From positions 2,686 through 66,685 of the forward strand of contig JAEULK010000011.1 in NCBI GenBank assembly GCA_016793775.1: a stretch of 64,000 nt of DNA. The letters run 5' to 3'. The DNA comes from Sphingopyxis sp. (GTDB lineage Bacteria; Pseudomonadota; Alphaproteobacteria; Sphingomonadales; Sphingomonadaceae). The notes under the pieces were generated by a model. The model made no database searches and was not told the DNA's origin. It saw only the letters and a program-made list of their open reading frames with translations. How positions within the stretch are numbered: the stretch's first letter is position 1; every line of letters begins with the position of its first letter. Below are positions 44,657 through 54,885 of the stretch, piece after piece. Position numbers and translations under genes: made by a program.

Positions 44657-47293
44657 ATGACCACGCGCATGTTGATCGACGCGCGGCACCGGGAAGAAAC
44701 CCGTGTCGCCGTCACCCAGGGAAACCGCATCGAGGAGTTTGATTTCGAGTCCGCCGAGCACAAGCAGCTCAAGGGCAATATCTATCTGGCCAAGGTGACC
44801 CGCGTCGAACCGTCGTTGCAGGCGGCGTTCGTCGAATATGGCGGCAATCGCCACGGTTTCCTGGCGTTCAGCGAAATCCACCCCGACTATTACCAGATTC
44901 CGAAGGAAGATCGCGAAGCGCTGCTTCGCGAGGAGGCCGAGCATGCCGCCGAAGCGGCGATGCGCGCCGAAGAGGATCTCGACGAGCTGGAAGGCGATAT
45001 CGCCGAGGTCGAGCGTCCCGACGAGGACGAGAATGGCGACGTCCCCGCCCCCGAAACCGTCGGCGAAGAGCAGGACGGCGACGACGGCGATGAGGATAAT
45101 GGCGATGCCGAGGGCGAGACCGAAGAGGGCGGCGAAGAATCGAAGGACGGCCGCGGCGATCGCAAGGGCCGTGGGCGTGGCCGCGACGGCCGCAACGGCA
45201 AGGGCGGCCGGGGCCGCGGGCGCCGCCGCGATGAGGACGAGGACGGCGAGAGCCGCATGTCGCTGCGCCGCCGTTACAAGATTCAGGACGTCATCCGCCG
45301 CCGCCAGGTGATGCTGGTGCAGGTCGTCAAGGAAGAACGCGGCAACAAGGGCGCCGCCCTCACCACCTATCTGAGCCTCGCCGGCCGCTATTGCGTGCTG
45401 ATGCCCAACACGATGCACGGCGGCGGCATCAGCCGCAAGATTTCGAACGGCGCCGACCGCCGCAAACTCAAAGCCATGGTCGACGAGCTCAACCTGCCGC
45501 CGACGATGGGCTGCATCGTCCGCACCGCGGGCATGAGCCGCACCAAGGTCGAGATCAAGCGCGACTTCGATTATCTGGCGCGCGTCTGGGATGAGATTCG
45601 CGAAAAGACCCTGGGGTCGAGCGCCCCGGCGCTGATCCATTCGGACAGCGACCTGGTCAAGCGCGCGATCCGCGATATCTATCACAAGGATATCGAGGAA
45701 GTGATCGTCGAGGGCGAGGAGGGCTATAAGGCCGCCAAGCAGTTCATGAAGCTGCTGATGCCGAGCCACGCCAAGCGCGTCCAGCAATATGCCGACCCGG
45801 TCTCGCTGTATCAGCGTTACGGCGTCGAGGACCAGCTCGCCGGGATGCTCAATCCGGTCGTCCAGCTGAAATCGGGCGGTTATCTGGTGATCAACCCGAC
45901 CGAGGCCTTGGTGTCGATCGACATCAACTCGGGCCGGTCGACGCGCGAGCATAATATCGAGCAGACCGCGCTCAGCACCAACCTCGAGGCCGCGCACGAG
46001 ATCGCCCGCCAGCTGCGCCTGCGCGACATGGCCGGACTGATCGTGATCGACTTCATCGACATGGATCATGGCTCGAACGTCCGCAAGGTCGAGCGCGCGA
46101 TGAAAGACGCGCTGAAGAACGACCGTGCGCGCATCCAGATCGGCCGCATCTCGGGCTTCGGCCTGATGGAGATGAGCCGCCAGCGGCTGCGCACCGGCGT
46201 GCTCGAAGCCTCGACGCGCCCCTGCCCGCATTGCGAAGGCACCGGGCTGGTCCGCACCGCATCGTCGGCGGGCCTTTCCGCGCTGCGCATGATCGAAGAG
46301 GAAGCCGCACGCGGCAAGGGCAGCAAGATCATCCTGCGCGCGAGCCAGGAAGCGACCTTCTACCTGCTCAACGAAAAGCGCCGCGAACTGCGCGAGATCG
46401 AGGAACTGTACGGCGTCAGTGTCGAAATCCTGCCCGACGGCGAGACCGAAGGCGCGCGCATGGCGATCGAGGTCGGCGGTCCGCCGCCGGTCGCGCGCCG
46501 CAGCTTCGCCCCGATCGCGCCGATCGAGGATGACGACGACGAGGATTATTTCGAAGAAGAGGAAGAAAAGGCCGAAGCCGAGGTCGAGAAGGCCGAGCGC
46601 CCGGCGCGCCGCGAACGCGAAGAGGGCGAGGGCGACACCGATGGGGATGGCCGCAAGCGCCGCCGCCGCCGCCGCCGCGGCCGCCGCGGTCGCCGCGACG
46701 AGGACGGCAACGAGATCGCCGAGGGCGGCGAAGGCGAAGCGCCCGAGGGCGACGATTCCGAAACCGGCGCCGGCGAGAACGACAATGAGCCGGTGACGGC
46801 CGAAGCCGACGCCGAAGCCGCCGAAGTCGAGGCCGAAGCGGGCGCCAAGCCACGCCGCCGTCGTGGCGGTCGTGGCCGCAAGCCGCGCGATGAAGGCGCC
46901 GAGGGCGCGGAAGCCGAGGCTGTCGAAGCCGAAGCCCCCGTCGCGGTCGAAATCGCCGCCGAGCCGGTGATCGAGGAAGCGCCCGCCGCAGAGGAAAAGC
47001 CGAAGCGCAAGCCGCGCCGGACCAAGGCGCAGATCGCCGCCGAAGAGGCCGCGGCCGCCGAGGCACCGGTCGAAAGCGTCATCGAAGCCGAACCCGAGGC
47101 CGAACCCGCCAAGCCCGCGCCCAAAAAGCGCGCGCCGCGCAAGACCAAGGCCGCAGCCGCGGCGGCGGCCGACGAGGCAGCCACGGCATCCACCGAGGCC
47201 ACCGCAAAGGAAGGCGAACCGGCCATGGCCGGCGACGAGACCAGCGATGGCGAACCGCGCCGCGGCTGGTGGCAGCGCACCTTTGGCAATTGA
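44657..47293 (+). CDS. rne: Ribonuclease E
   Basis: KGNIYLAKVTRVEPSLQAAFVEYG, acidic S1 insert, IDINSG, IDFIDM, CPHC, R/E-rich disordered tail ending RRGWWQR. Confidence 0.98.
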   Translation: MTTRMLIDARHREETRVAVTQGNRIEEFDFESAEHKQLKGNIYLAKVTRVEPSLQAAFVEYGGNRHGFLAFSEIHPDYYQIPKEDREALLREEAEHAAEAAMRAEEDLDELEGDIAEVERPDEDENGDVPAPETVGEEQDGDDGDEDNGDAEGETEEGGEESKDGRGDRKGRGRGRDGRNGKGGRGRGRRRDEDEDGESRMSLRRRYKIQDVIRRRQVMLVQVVKEERGNKGAALTTYLSLAGRYCVLMPNTMHGGGISRKISNGADRRKLKAMVDELNLPPTMGCIVRTAGMSRTKVEIKRDFDYLARVWDEIREKTLGSSAPALIHSDSDLVKRAIRDIYHKDIEEVIVEGEEGYKAAKQFMKLLMPSHAKRVQQYADPVSLYQRYGVEDQLAGMLNPVVQLKSGGYLVINPTEALVSIDINSGRSTREHNIEQTALSTNLEAAHEIARQLRLRDMAGLIVIDFIDMDHGSNVRKVERAMKDALKNDRARIQIGRISGFGLMEMSRQRLRTGVLEASTRPCPHCEGTGLVRTASSAGLSALRMIEEEAARGKGSKIILRASQEATFYLLNEKRRELREIEELYGVSVEILPDGETEGARMAIEVGGPPPVARRSFAPIAPIEDDDDEDYFEEEEEKAEAEVEKAERPARREREEGEGDTDGDGRKRRRRRRRGRRGRRDEDGNEIAEGGEGEAPEGDDSETGAGENDNEPVTAEADAEAAEVEAEAGAKPRRRRGGRGRKPRDEGAEGAEAEAVEAEAPVAVEIAAEPVIEEAPAAEEKPKRKPRRTKAQIAAEEAAAAEAPVESVIEAEPEAEPAKPAPKKRAPRKTKAAAAAAADEAATASTEATAKEGEPAMAGDETSDGEPRRGWWQRTFGN

Positions 47294-47417
47294 TCGGCGG
47301 CCACGCTGCGACTGATCGCATCGTGGCCCCTGCGGCCTTGCCACCGAGCGTCCCGAACCCCACAAGGCCATCATGGCTTCAGTTGAGGTTCAGGCGCTCG
47401 GCGCAAGGACGCACCCG

Positions 47418-48821
47418 ATGAGTTTTTCCCTGCCGCCGTCCGCACATCGGGCCGAAGCGTGGCGTTCGCTGGGGCGGCTGCTGCTGACCTTCGTCGTCCT
47501 GCTCGCGGTCGCCGTCCGCCCGGCCGCAGCGCAGTCGATCCTGCGCGATGCCGAGACCGAAGCCCTGTTCCAGGACATGATGGACCCGCTGCTCGTCGCC
47601 GCCGGGCTCCAGCCCGGACAGGTGCGCGTCCATCTGCTCGGCGACCGCAGCGTCAACGCCTTTGTCGCGGGCAGCCAGGACATCTATGTCTTCAGTGGGC
47701 TGATCGAGGCCGCCGACAGCGCCGAAGAGGTGCAGGGCGTGCTCGCGCACGAACTGGGCCATGTCATGGGCGGCCATGCGATCCGCGTCAACGATGGCGC
47801 CAAGGCGGCGACCGGCATCTCCCTGCTCAGCCTGCTCTTGGGCGCCGCGGCGATCGCCGCGGGCGGCGGCGAAGCGGGTATGGGCATCATGATGGCGGGG
47901 CAGCAGGCCGCGCTCGGAAAATTCCTGGCGTTCAGCCGCGTGCAGGAATCGACCGCCGATGCGGCGGGCGCGCAATATCTGTCGAAGGCGGGGATCAGCG
48001 GCCGCGGCAGCCTGGCCTTTTTCAAGAAGCTCCAGAATCTGGAGTTCCGTTATGGCGTCAAGCAGGACGACGATCAGGCCTATGGCCGCACCCACCCGAT
48101 GTCGGGCGACCGCATCCAGGCGCTGCGCGAGGTTTATGTGATCGATCCGGCCTGGGAAAAAACCGCCGATGCCGCGATCGAAGCGCGCTTTCAGCGTATC
48201 AAGGCCAAGCTGTCGGGCTATATCGCCGAACCCGAACGCACGCTGCGCAAATATCCCGAAAGCAATAGCAGCATCCCTGCGCGCTATGCCCGCGCCTATG
48301 CCTGGCACAAGAGCGCCTATCCCGAAAAGGCGCTGACCGAGGTCGAAGGGCTGCTCAAGACCAATCCCGACGATCCCTATTTCCTCGAACTCGAAGGCCA
48401 GGTGCTGCTCGAATCGGGGCGGCCTAAGGAAGCGATCCCGGCGCTGCGCAAGGCGGTGAACGGATCGCGGTCGCAGCCGCTGATCGCCGCGACGCTGGGC
48501 CATGCGCTGATCGCGACCGAAGACCCTGCCAATTTCCCAGAGGCCGAGGAGGTGCTGAAGACCGCGGTCGCGCTCGACAACCAGAATCCGTTCGCGTGGT
48601 ATCAGCTCGGTATCGTCTATGCGAACAAGGGCGACCAGGCGCGCGCCGCGCTCGCCTCGGCGGAACGCTATAGCCTGGAGGGTGGACAGGCGGGGCTCGC
48701 GCTGCGTAACGCCGACATGGCGATGCAGGGCCTGCGCGAAGGGTCCCCCGACTGGATTCGTGCACAGGATATTTCGCTGGTCGCGCGCGCCGAGGTGGAA
48801 CGCGAGCGGAAACGGCGCTAG
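47418..48821 (+). CDS. M48 metalloprotease with TPRs (BepA/YfgC-like)
   Basis: VNAFV, VLAHELGH, FSRVQESTAD, RTHP. Confidence 0.92.
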   Translation: MSFSLPPSAHRAEAWRSLGRLLLTFVVLLAVAVRPAAAQSILRDAETEALFQDMMDPLLVAAGLQPGQVRVHLLGDRSVNAFVAGSQDIYVFSGLIEAADSAEEVQGVLAHELGHVMGGHAIRVNDGAKAATGISLLSLLLGAAAIAAGGGEAGMGIMMAGQQAALGKFLAFSRVQESTADAAGAQYLSKAGISGRGSLAFFKKLQNLEFRYGVKQDDDQAYGRTHPMSGDRIQALREVYVIDPAWEKTADAAIEARFQRIKAKLSGYIAEPERTLRKYPESNSSIPARYARAYAWHKSAYPEKALTEVEGLLKTNPDDPYFLELEGQVLLESGRPKEAIPALRKAVNGSRSQPLIAATLGHALIATEDPANFPEAEEVLKTAVALDNQNPFAWYQLGIVYANKGDQARAALASAERYSLEGGQAGLALRNADMAMQGLREGSPDWIRAQDISLVARAEVERERKRR

Positions 48822-48888
48822 ATTCGCCAAATTGACTGGGATACGAAGTGGGGAACGCATCGAACCGATCGATGCGCAAGGGCAACAA

Positions 48889-50526
48889 GTGACGGATAAA
48901 AAAGACGATTATTACCAGCCATGGCTGCGCGACCCAGCACCGACATCGGTGCCCGCCGAAGCGGACACGCGCCCGGCGCAGACCAGCACGCCCGACGACG
49001 GCGGCCTTGCCAAGCCGCGCGCGGTGCCGCCGGTCGGGCTCGACGTGTCGCGCTATCCCGCCGAGGAGCGCATCCCCGCCAAGCCGATCGTCGACAGCGA
49101 GCGACTGAAGGCCGGCGCGAGCGGGCTGTGGCGGGCGATCCGCGATGGCAGCAGCGCCTTTGCCGAGTGGACGATCCGCGTCGGTGAACGCGCCGACATT
49201 CCCGCGCGCGTCGAGGCGATGGAAATCCCGCGCCGCTCGCGCGAACTGGCCGGGCGCGCAGCCAATGCCACCGCGCGCGCCGCGAAAGCCGCCGGACGCG
49301 GGACCGCGCGCGGCAGCGCCGCCGCTGCGGAAGCCAGCGCGAGGGCGTGGGACAAGATGGCGCTCGGCGAAAAGGTCGGCAAATTGTCGAGCGACGCGCA
49401 GCGCGGGCTGGGCGAGGTCGCGGGCAAGGCCGGCGACGCGCTGGGCCAGGCGGCGAAGGCCGGTAAGGACAGCCTGGGCGAGGCAGCGACCAAGCTGCGC
49501 CCGGCGCCGCGCGAAGAGGCCGCGCCGCCCCCTTCGGGGCTCGAACAATTGCTCGCGCGCGAGGCCCGCGAAGAGGCAGAGGGGACAACGAGTGCGGCGC
49601 CAGCAAAGCCCGCCGCGCCCGACCTGCCGCTCTTTGCGAGCGAACCCGGCCTCGACCTCGCCGCGCCCAAGGCGGTCCCGGCGAAGACGACCAGGGCGGC
49701 CTCCGCCACCCCGCCCCCGTCGGTTTCGGCACCCGCCCCCGACGAGCGCATGCCGCACCGTCCGACCCCGCCGCGCACTGGCGCGGGCGGCAGCGGATTC
49801 GCCCTGCCCGCGCCCGGCTGGCTGGTCACGCTCGGCGCTGTGTTCCTGCTCGGTGCCGCCTTCTGGCTCGGCGGACGCTTCGGCGGCGGCCTGTCGAAGA
49901 GTGAGGTCGAGACCGTCGTCGCGGACTATATCGCCGCGAACCCCGAAATCATCCCCGCGGCGTTCGAGGCGCAGCGCGGCCGCGAAATGGCGAAAGCGAT
50001 CGACGCGATCCGCCCGGCGCTCGAAAAACCCTATGCCGGGGCTTGGGCGGGCAATGCCGACGGCGATGTGACGCTGACGGTGTTCACCGATTATGCCTGT
50101 GGCTATTGCCGCGCCAGCCTGCCCGATCTCGACCGGCTGATCCGCAGCGACCGGCGCGTGAAAGTGGTGTTCCGCGAACTGCCGATCATCTCGCCGCAAA
50201 GCCGCGACGCCGCGATCATGGCGCTCGCCGCCGCGCGGCAGGGCAAATATGACGCCTTCCACCATGCGATGTTCGCCGCCCCCTCGCTCGACCGGGGCGC
50301 AATCGCCGCGGCGGCCGAAAAGGCCGGTGTGGTCACCGACGGCAGCGCCGATGCGACCGCCAACGAAGCACTGTTCCAGCGCGAGATCGACAGCAACCTG
50401 GCGATCGCCAGCCAGTTGCAGCTGAACGCCACCCCGACCTGGGTCATCGGCGACCAGTTGCTGCAGGGGCAGATCGGCTACGACGGCCTGCGCACCGCGG
50501 TCGCCAAGGCGCGGGCGAAGGGTTGA
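48889..50526 (+). CDS. DsbA-family thioredoxin with long N-terminal low-complexity extension
   Basis: FTDYACGYC, ELPII, ATPT (cis-Pro); TM segment preceded by more than 300 A/P-rich residues; GTG start inferred. Confidence 0.85.
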   Translation: MTDKKDDYYQPWLRDPAPTSVPAEADTRPAQTSTPDDGGLAKPRAVPPVGLDVSRYPAEERIPAKPIVDSERLKAGASGLWRAIRDGSSAFAEWTIRVGERADIPARVEAMEIPRRSRELAGRAANATARAAKAAGRGTARGSAAAAEASARAWDKMALGEKVGKLSSDAQRGLGEVAGKAGDALGQAAKAGKDSLGEAATKLRPAPREEAAPPPSGLEQLLAREAREEAEGTTSAAPAKPAAPDLPLFASEPGLDLAAPKAVPAKTTRAASATPPPSVSAPAPDERMPHRPTPPRTGAGGSGFALPAPGWLVTLGAVFLLGAAFWLGGRFGGGLSKSEVETVVADYIAANPEIIPAAFEAQRGREMAKAIDAIRPALEKPYAGAWAGNADGDVTLTVFTDYACGYCRASLPDLDRLIRSDRRVKVVFRELPIISPQSRDAAIMALAAARQGKYDAFHHAMFAAPSLDRGAIAAAAEKAGVVTDGSADATANEALFQREIDSNLAIASQLQLNATPTWVIGDQLLQGQIGYDGLRTAVAKARAKG

Positions 50527-52352
50527 GCGGCGCGGGCATGGCGACGGTTACCCATGACGAAGCGCTCGCCAATGCCCGCCGCCTGCTGAGCGAACAGCCC
50601 GGCGCGGCGCTGGCGCAGGCGCTGGCGATCCTCGAGGCCGTGCCGACCTCAGCCGACGCGCACCGGCTCGCGGCGCATGCGTTGCGCGTGCTCGGACGCG
50701 AGGAGGAAGCACAGGCGGCGTCGCTCGAGGCCGTCGCGGCGACGATCCACGACGAGGCGATGATCGACGCCGCGCTCGCGCTCGCCGAAAACCGCCTATC
50801 CGACGCCGAGGGTGCGCTGCGCGCGCGGTTGAAGGCCGACGCGACCGACGTCGCGGCGATCCGCATGCTCGCCGAGGTCGCGGGGCGGATCGGGCGTTAC
50901 GCCGACGCCGAAAAATTGCTGCACCGGGCGCTCGAACTGGCGCCGGGATTCGGCGCGGCACGCGCCAATCTGGCGACCGTTCAATATAAGCAGAACCGCT
51001 TCGCCGACGCCGTGGCGACATTGAGCGACGTACTCGGCGAGGATCCCGACAATCCGGCGCATGCCAATCTGAAGGCCGCGGCGCTCGGGCGGATCGGCGG
51101 GTATGACGAGGCGCTGAGCCTTTATGCCGAATTGACGCGGCGTTTCCCCGACCATGGCAAATTGTGGATGAGTTATGGCCATATGCTGAAGACCGTTGGA
51201 CGGCAAGATGACGGCATCGCCGCCTATCGCCACGCGCTGGCCAGCGAGCCGGGGCTCGGCGAGGTGTGGTGGAGCCTTGCGAACCTCAAGACGATCCGTT
51301 TCGGCGCCGACGACCGCGCCGCGATGGAGGCGGCGCTGGACGCGATCGGCGCCGCCGATGCAGCGCGCGACGACGACCGACTGCACCTGCATTTTGCGCT
51401 CGGCAAGGCGTATGACGACGCCGGCGAGGCCGAAGCGGCGTTCCGCCATTATGCCGCGGGCAACAGGATCCGTGCCGGCCAGCTCGGTTATGAGGCGAGC
51501 GACACGACCGCGCTGGTCGATGCGACGATCGCGACCTGCACCGCCGATTTTTTCGCGGCGCGCGCCGGCAGCGGCGATCCCAGCCCCGACCCGATCTTCA
51601 TCCTCGGGATGCCACGCGCCGGATCGACGCTGGTCGAACAAATCCTGGCGAGTCACTCCGCTATCGAAGGCACGATGGAATTACCCGACATTCCGGCGCT
51701 CGCACTCGGACTCGGGCGCGCCGCGAAAGAGGACGGGCGGCGCTGGGTCGAGGCGCTCGCCGGGCAGCCGCGCGAAAAGCTTGCCGAACTCGGGGCTAAA
51801 TTCCTTCACGACACCGCGGTGCAGCGCAAGACGGACAAGCCCTTCTATATCGACAAGCTGCCGAACAACTGGCTCTATCTGCCGCTGATCCGGCTGATCC
51901 TGCCCAATGCCAGGATCATCGACGCGCGGCGCCATCCGCTCGACTGCGGCTTTTCCAATTTTCGCCAGCATTATGCCAAGGGACAGGCGTTCAGCTATGG
52001 CTTGGCGGACATGGGCGCCTATTACCGCGATTATGTGCGGCTGATGGCGCATATCGACGCGGTCCAGCCGGGCGCCGTGCACCGCGTGATCCACGAAAGG
52101 CTGCTCGACGATCCCGAGGGCGAGGTGCGCGCGCTGCTGGCCTTTCTGGGCCAGCCGTTCGAGGCGGCGTGCATGGATTTTCATCGCAACGCCCGCGCGG
52201 TGCGCACCGCGTCGAGCGAGCAGGTGCGCCGCCCGATCAACCGCGAGGGGGTCGACCAGTGGCGGCCCTATGACGCCTGGCTCGGCCCGCTGAAGGAGGC
52301 GCTCGGTCCGGTGCTGGACGCCTATCCGGCAGCCCCGCCGCGGTTCGGATAA
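50523..52352 (+). CDS. TPR-repeat sulfotransferase
   Basis: N-terminal TPRs; IFILGMPRAGSTLVEQILASHS (5'-PSB loop), DKLPNN, RHPLDCGFS (3'-PB), TASSEQVR. Confidence 0.92.
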   Translation: MSGAGMATVTHDEALANARRLLSEQPGAALAQALAILEAVPTSADAHRLAAHALRVLGREEEAQAASLEAVAATIHDEAMIDAALALAENRLSDAEGALRARLKADATDVAAIRMLAEVAGRIGRYADAEKLLHRALELAPGFGAARANLATVQYKQNRFADAVATLSDVLGEDPDNPAHANLKAAALGRIGGYDEALSLYAELTRRFPDHGKLWMSYGHMLKTVGRQDDGIAAYRHALASEPGLGEVWWSLANLKTIRFGADDRAAMEAALDAIGAADAARDDDRLHLHFALGKAYDDAGEAEAAFRHYAAGNRIRAGQLGYEASDTTALVDATIATCTADFFAARAGSGDPSPDPIFILGMPRAGSTLVEQILASHSAIEGTMELPDIPALALGLGRAAKEDGRRWVEALAGQPREKLAELGAKFLHDTAVQRKTDKPFYIDKLPNNWLYLPLIRLILPNARIIDARRHPLDCGFSNFRQHYAKGQAFSYGLADMGAYYRDYVRLMAHIDAVQPGAVHRVIHERLLDDPEGEVRALLAFLGQPFEAACMDFHRNARAVRTASSEQVRRPINREGVDQWRPYDAWLGPLKEALGPVLDAYPAAPPRFG

Positions 52353-52493
52353 GGGTTTCAGGACAAAACGTTGCCTTTGGGCAACAGGGCGCGACATTTT
52401 CGACCAACAGTCGGCCCGCGTGGCCAACAAGGCTTGCGCTTGCGCTGCACCGCGTCATTCTCCGTCACATAGCTGTCATTTGTGGGGGGTCAC

Positions 52494-54881
52494 ATGCGTA
52501 ACGTTCATACCGTATTGGCACGCGCCAGCGGTGCTTTGCTGGCAACAACGATCCTGTGCACGTCGGGAACGGCGCTGGCGCAGGAAGCGAGCGACACCAA
52601 CGACGACAACGACATCGTCGTCACCGCGTCGAAGCGCGAGGAAAATCTGCAGGATGTGCCGCTGGCGATCACGGCGATCGGCAACGAGCGGCTGAACGAA
52701 CTGCAAGTCAAGGAATTCCAGGACGTCGTCAAATTCCTGCCGTCGGTGACGATCCAGACGCTCGCCCCCGGTTTCAGCCAGGTCTATTTCCGCGGCGTCG
52801 CGAGCGGCGAAAATGCCAACCACTCGGCGTCGCTGCCGACTGTCGGCACCTATCTGGACGAAATGCCGATCACGACGATCCAGGGCGCGCTCGACATCCA
52901 CGCTTACGACTTCGCCCGCGTCGAAGCGCTCGCGGGGCCGCAGGGCACGCTTTATGGCGCCAGCTCGATGGCGGGCACGATCAAGCTGATCACCAACAAG
53001 CCCGACACCAGCGGCACCTATGGCTCGGCGGGGCTGGAGCTCAACAGCGTGTCGCGCGGCGGCATCGGCGGCGTCGCCGAAGGCTTTGTCAACGCTCCGC
53101 TGGGCGAGAGAGCGGCGCTGCGCCTCGTCGCCTGGTACCGCCGCGACGCGGGCTATATCGACAATATCGCGGGCAGCCGCACCTATCCGTCGAGCGGCAT
53201 AACCCAGAACAACAGCGCGCTGGTCGAAAAGGACTATAACGACGTCGATACCTATGGCGCTCGCCTCGCGCTCGGCATCGACCTCAACGACGACTGGACG
53301 ATCCGCCCTACCCTCATGGGCCAGATCCAGAAAGCGAACGGCAGCTTTGCGCAGGAACGCTCGGCGGCGGTTACCCGCTCGCTCCAGACCGTCCAGTACA
53401 ACCCCGAGGGCAGCAAGGACAAATGGCTCCAGGCGGCGATGACCATCGAGGGCAAGATCGGCAATTGGGACCTGACGCTGACCGGCGGCCATCTGCGGCG
53501 CAAGACGACCACCGAAAGCGACTATTCGGATTACGCCTATTTCTACGACGCGCTCTACGGGTCGGGCGCCTTTCTGTACGACAATGCGAACAATCTGGTT
53601 TCGCCGAACCAATATATCCAGGGCATCGACCGCTATAAGCGGACCTTCGGCGAAGCGCGTATCGCCTCGCCGGCCGACGCCCGCATCCGCTTTATCGGCG
53701 GGCTTTTCTATCAGCGCCAGGCGCATAATATCGAACAGAATTACATCATCGACAATATCGCCGACGTCATCACGGTCACCGGCACCGACAGCAATATCTG
53801 GCTGACCAAGCAGCTGCGCGTCGATCGCGATTATGCGGCGTTCGGTGAAATCAGCCTCGACATCACCGACCAGCTGACGCTGACCGGCGGCGGGCGCGTC
53901 TATAAGTTCGACAACAGCCTGGTCGGCTTTTTCGGCTATTCCGCCGGCTATTCGAGCCGCACCGGCGAGGCGGCCTGTTTCGGGCCGGCGATCGTGACAG
54001 GATCGCCCTGTACCAACCTCGACAAAAGGACAAACGACACCGGCTTCATCCACAAGCTCAACCTCAACTACAAGATCAACGACGATGTCATGCTCTATGG
54101 CACCTGGTCGCGCGGTTTCCGCCCCGGCGGCATCAACAGGCGCGGCACGCTGCCGCCCTATAGCCCCGACACGCTCGACAATTACGAGTTCGGCTGGAAG
54201 ACCAGTTTTGGCCCGCTGCGCTTCAACGGCGCGGTCTATCAGGAGGATTGGAAGAATATCCAGCTGTCCTTCCTGGGCGAGAACGGCCTGACCGAGATCC
54301 GCAGCGCCGGCATCGCGCGTATTCGCGGTTTCGAGGTCGACCTGGGCTATCGCGCCGGCGGCTTCTCGCTCAACCTTGGCGGCAGCTATAACGACGCGAC
54401 GATCCGCCGCGATTTCTGTGCGATCGCCAATCCGCAGTTCGACTGCACGATCAACCCGCCGAGCCAGACCAATGCCCTGCTCGCCCCCGCGGGCACGCGC
54501 CTCCCGGTCACCGCGAAGTTCAAGGGCAATGCCGTCGCGCGCTATGAATTCCCGATCAGCGGGATGGACGGCCATGTCCAGTTCGCGGTCAACCATATCG
54601 GCAAGCGGCGGTCGGACCTGCGTATCGTCGAGAACGACATCGTCGGCAATTTCGGCGGTTATACCACTGCCGATTTCAGCATGGGGGTGAAGGGCGAAGG
54701 CTGGAGCGCCGAGCTGTTCGCAACCAATTTGTTCGACAGTCGCGGCGTCATCAACAGCGCGGTGCAATGCGGCGAGAGGATCTGCGGCGATGCCGGCGGC
54801 GGCACCGCCAACGGCGGCGTCTTTTACGATAATGTCATCCGGCCGCGCCTGATCGGGATCAAGGTCAGCAAGGATTTCTGA
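52494..54881 (+). CDS. TonB-dependent receptor
   Basis: Signal peptide; IVVTASKREENLQDVP, RVEALAGPQGTLYGASSMAG, C-terminal F. Confidence 0.96.
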   Translation: MRNVHTVLARASGALLATTILCTSGTALAQEASDTNDDNDIVVTASKREENLQDVPLAITAIGNERLNELQVKEFQDVVKFLPSVTIQTLAPGFSQVYFRGVASGENANHSASLPTVGTYLDEMPITTIQGALDIHAYDFARVEALAGPQGTLYGASSMAGTIKLITNKPDTSGTYGSAGLELNSVSRGGIGGVAEGFVNAPLGERAALRLVAWYRRDAGYIDNIAGSRTYPSSGITQNNSALVEKDYNDVDTYGARLALGIDLNDDWTIRPTLMGQIQKANGSFAQERSAAVTRSLQTVQYNPEGSKDKWLQAAMTIEGKIGNWDLTLTGGHLRRKTTTESDYSDYAYFYDALYGSGAFLYDNANNLVSPNQYIQGIDRYKRTFGEARIASPADARIRFIGGLFYQRQAHNIEQNYIIDNIADVITVTGTDSNIWLTKQLRVDRDYAAFGEISLDITDQLTLTGGGRVYKFDNSLVGFFGYSAGYSSRTGEAACFGPAIVTGSPCTNLDKRTNDTGFIHKLNLNYKINDDVMLYGTWSRGFRPGGINRRGTLPPYSPDTLDNYEFGWKTSFGPLRFNGAVYQEDWKNIQLSFLGENGLTEIRSAGIARIRGFEVDLGYRAGGFSLNLGGSYNDATIRRDFCAIANPQFDCTINPPSQTNALLAPAGTRLPVTAKFKGNAVARYEFPISGMDGHVQFAVNHIGKRRSDLRIVENDIVGNFGGYTTADFSMGVKGEGWSAELFATNLFDSRGVINSAVQCGERICGDAGGGTANGGVFYDNVIRPRLIGIKVSKDF

Positions 54882-54885
54882 TCGG

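Noticed and set aside
45060-47280. Low-complexity E/R/A repeats in rne as a novel repeat element
   Set aside because: Expected acidic S1 insert and charge-patterned disordered tail of alphaproteobacterial RNase E.
48619-48888. Extra N-terminus of the 635-aa DsbA ORF
   Set aside because: Overlaps the M48 gene in another frame.
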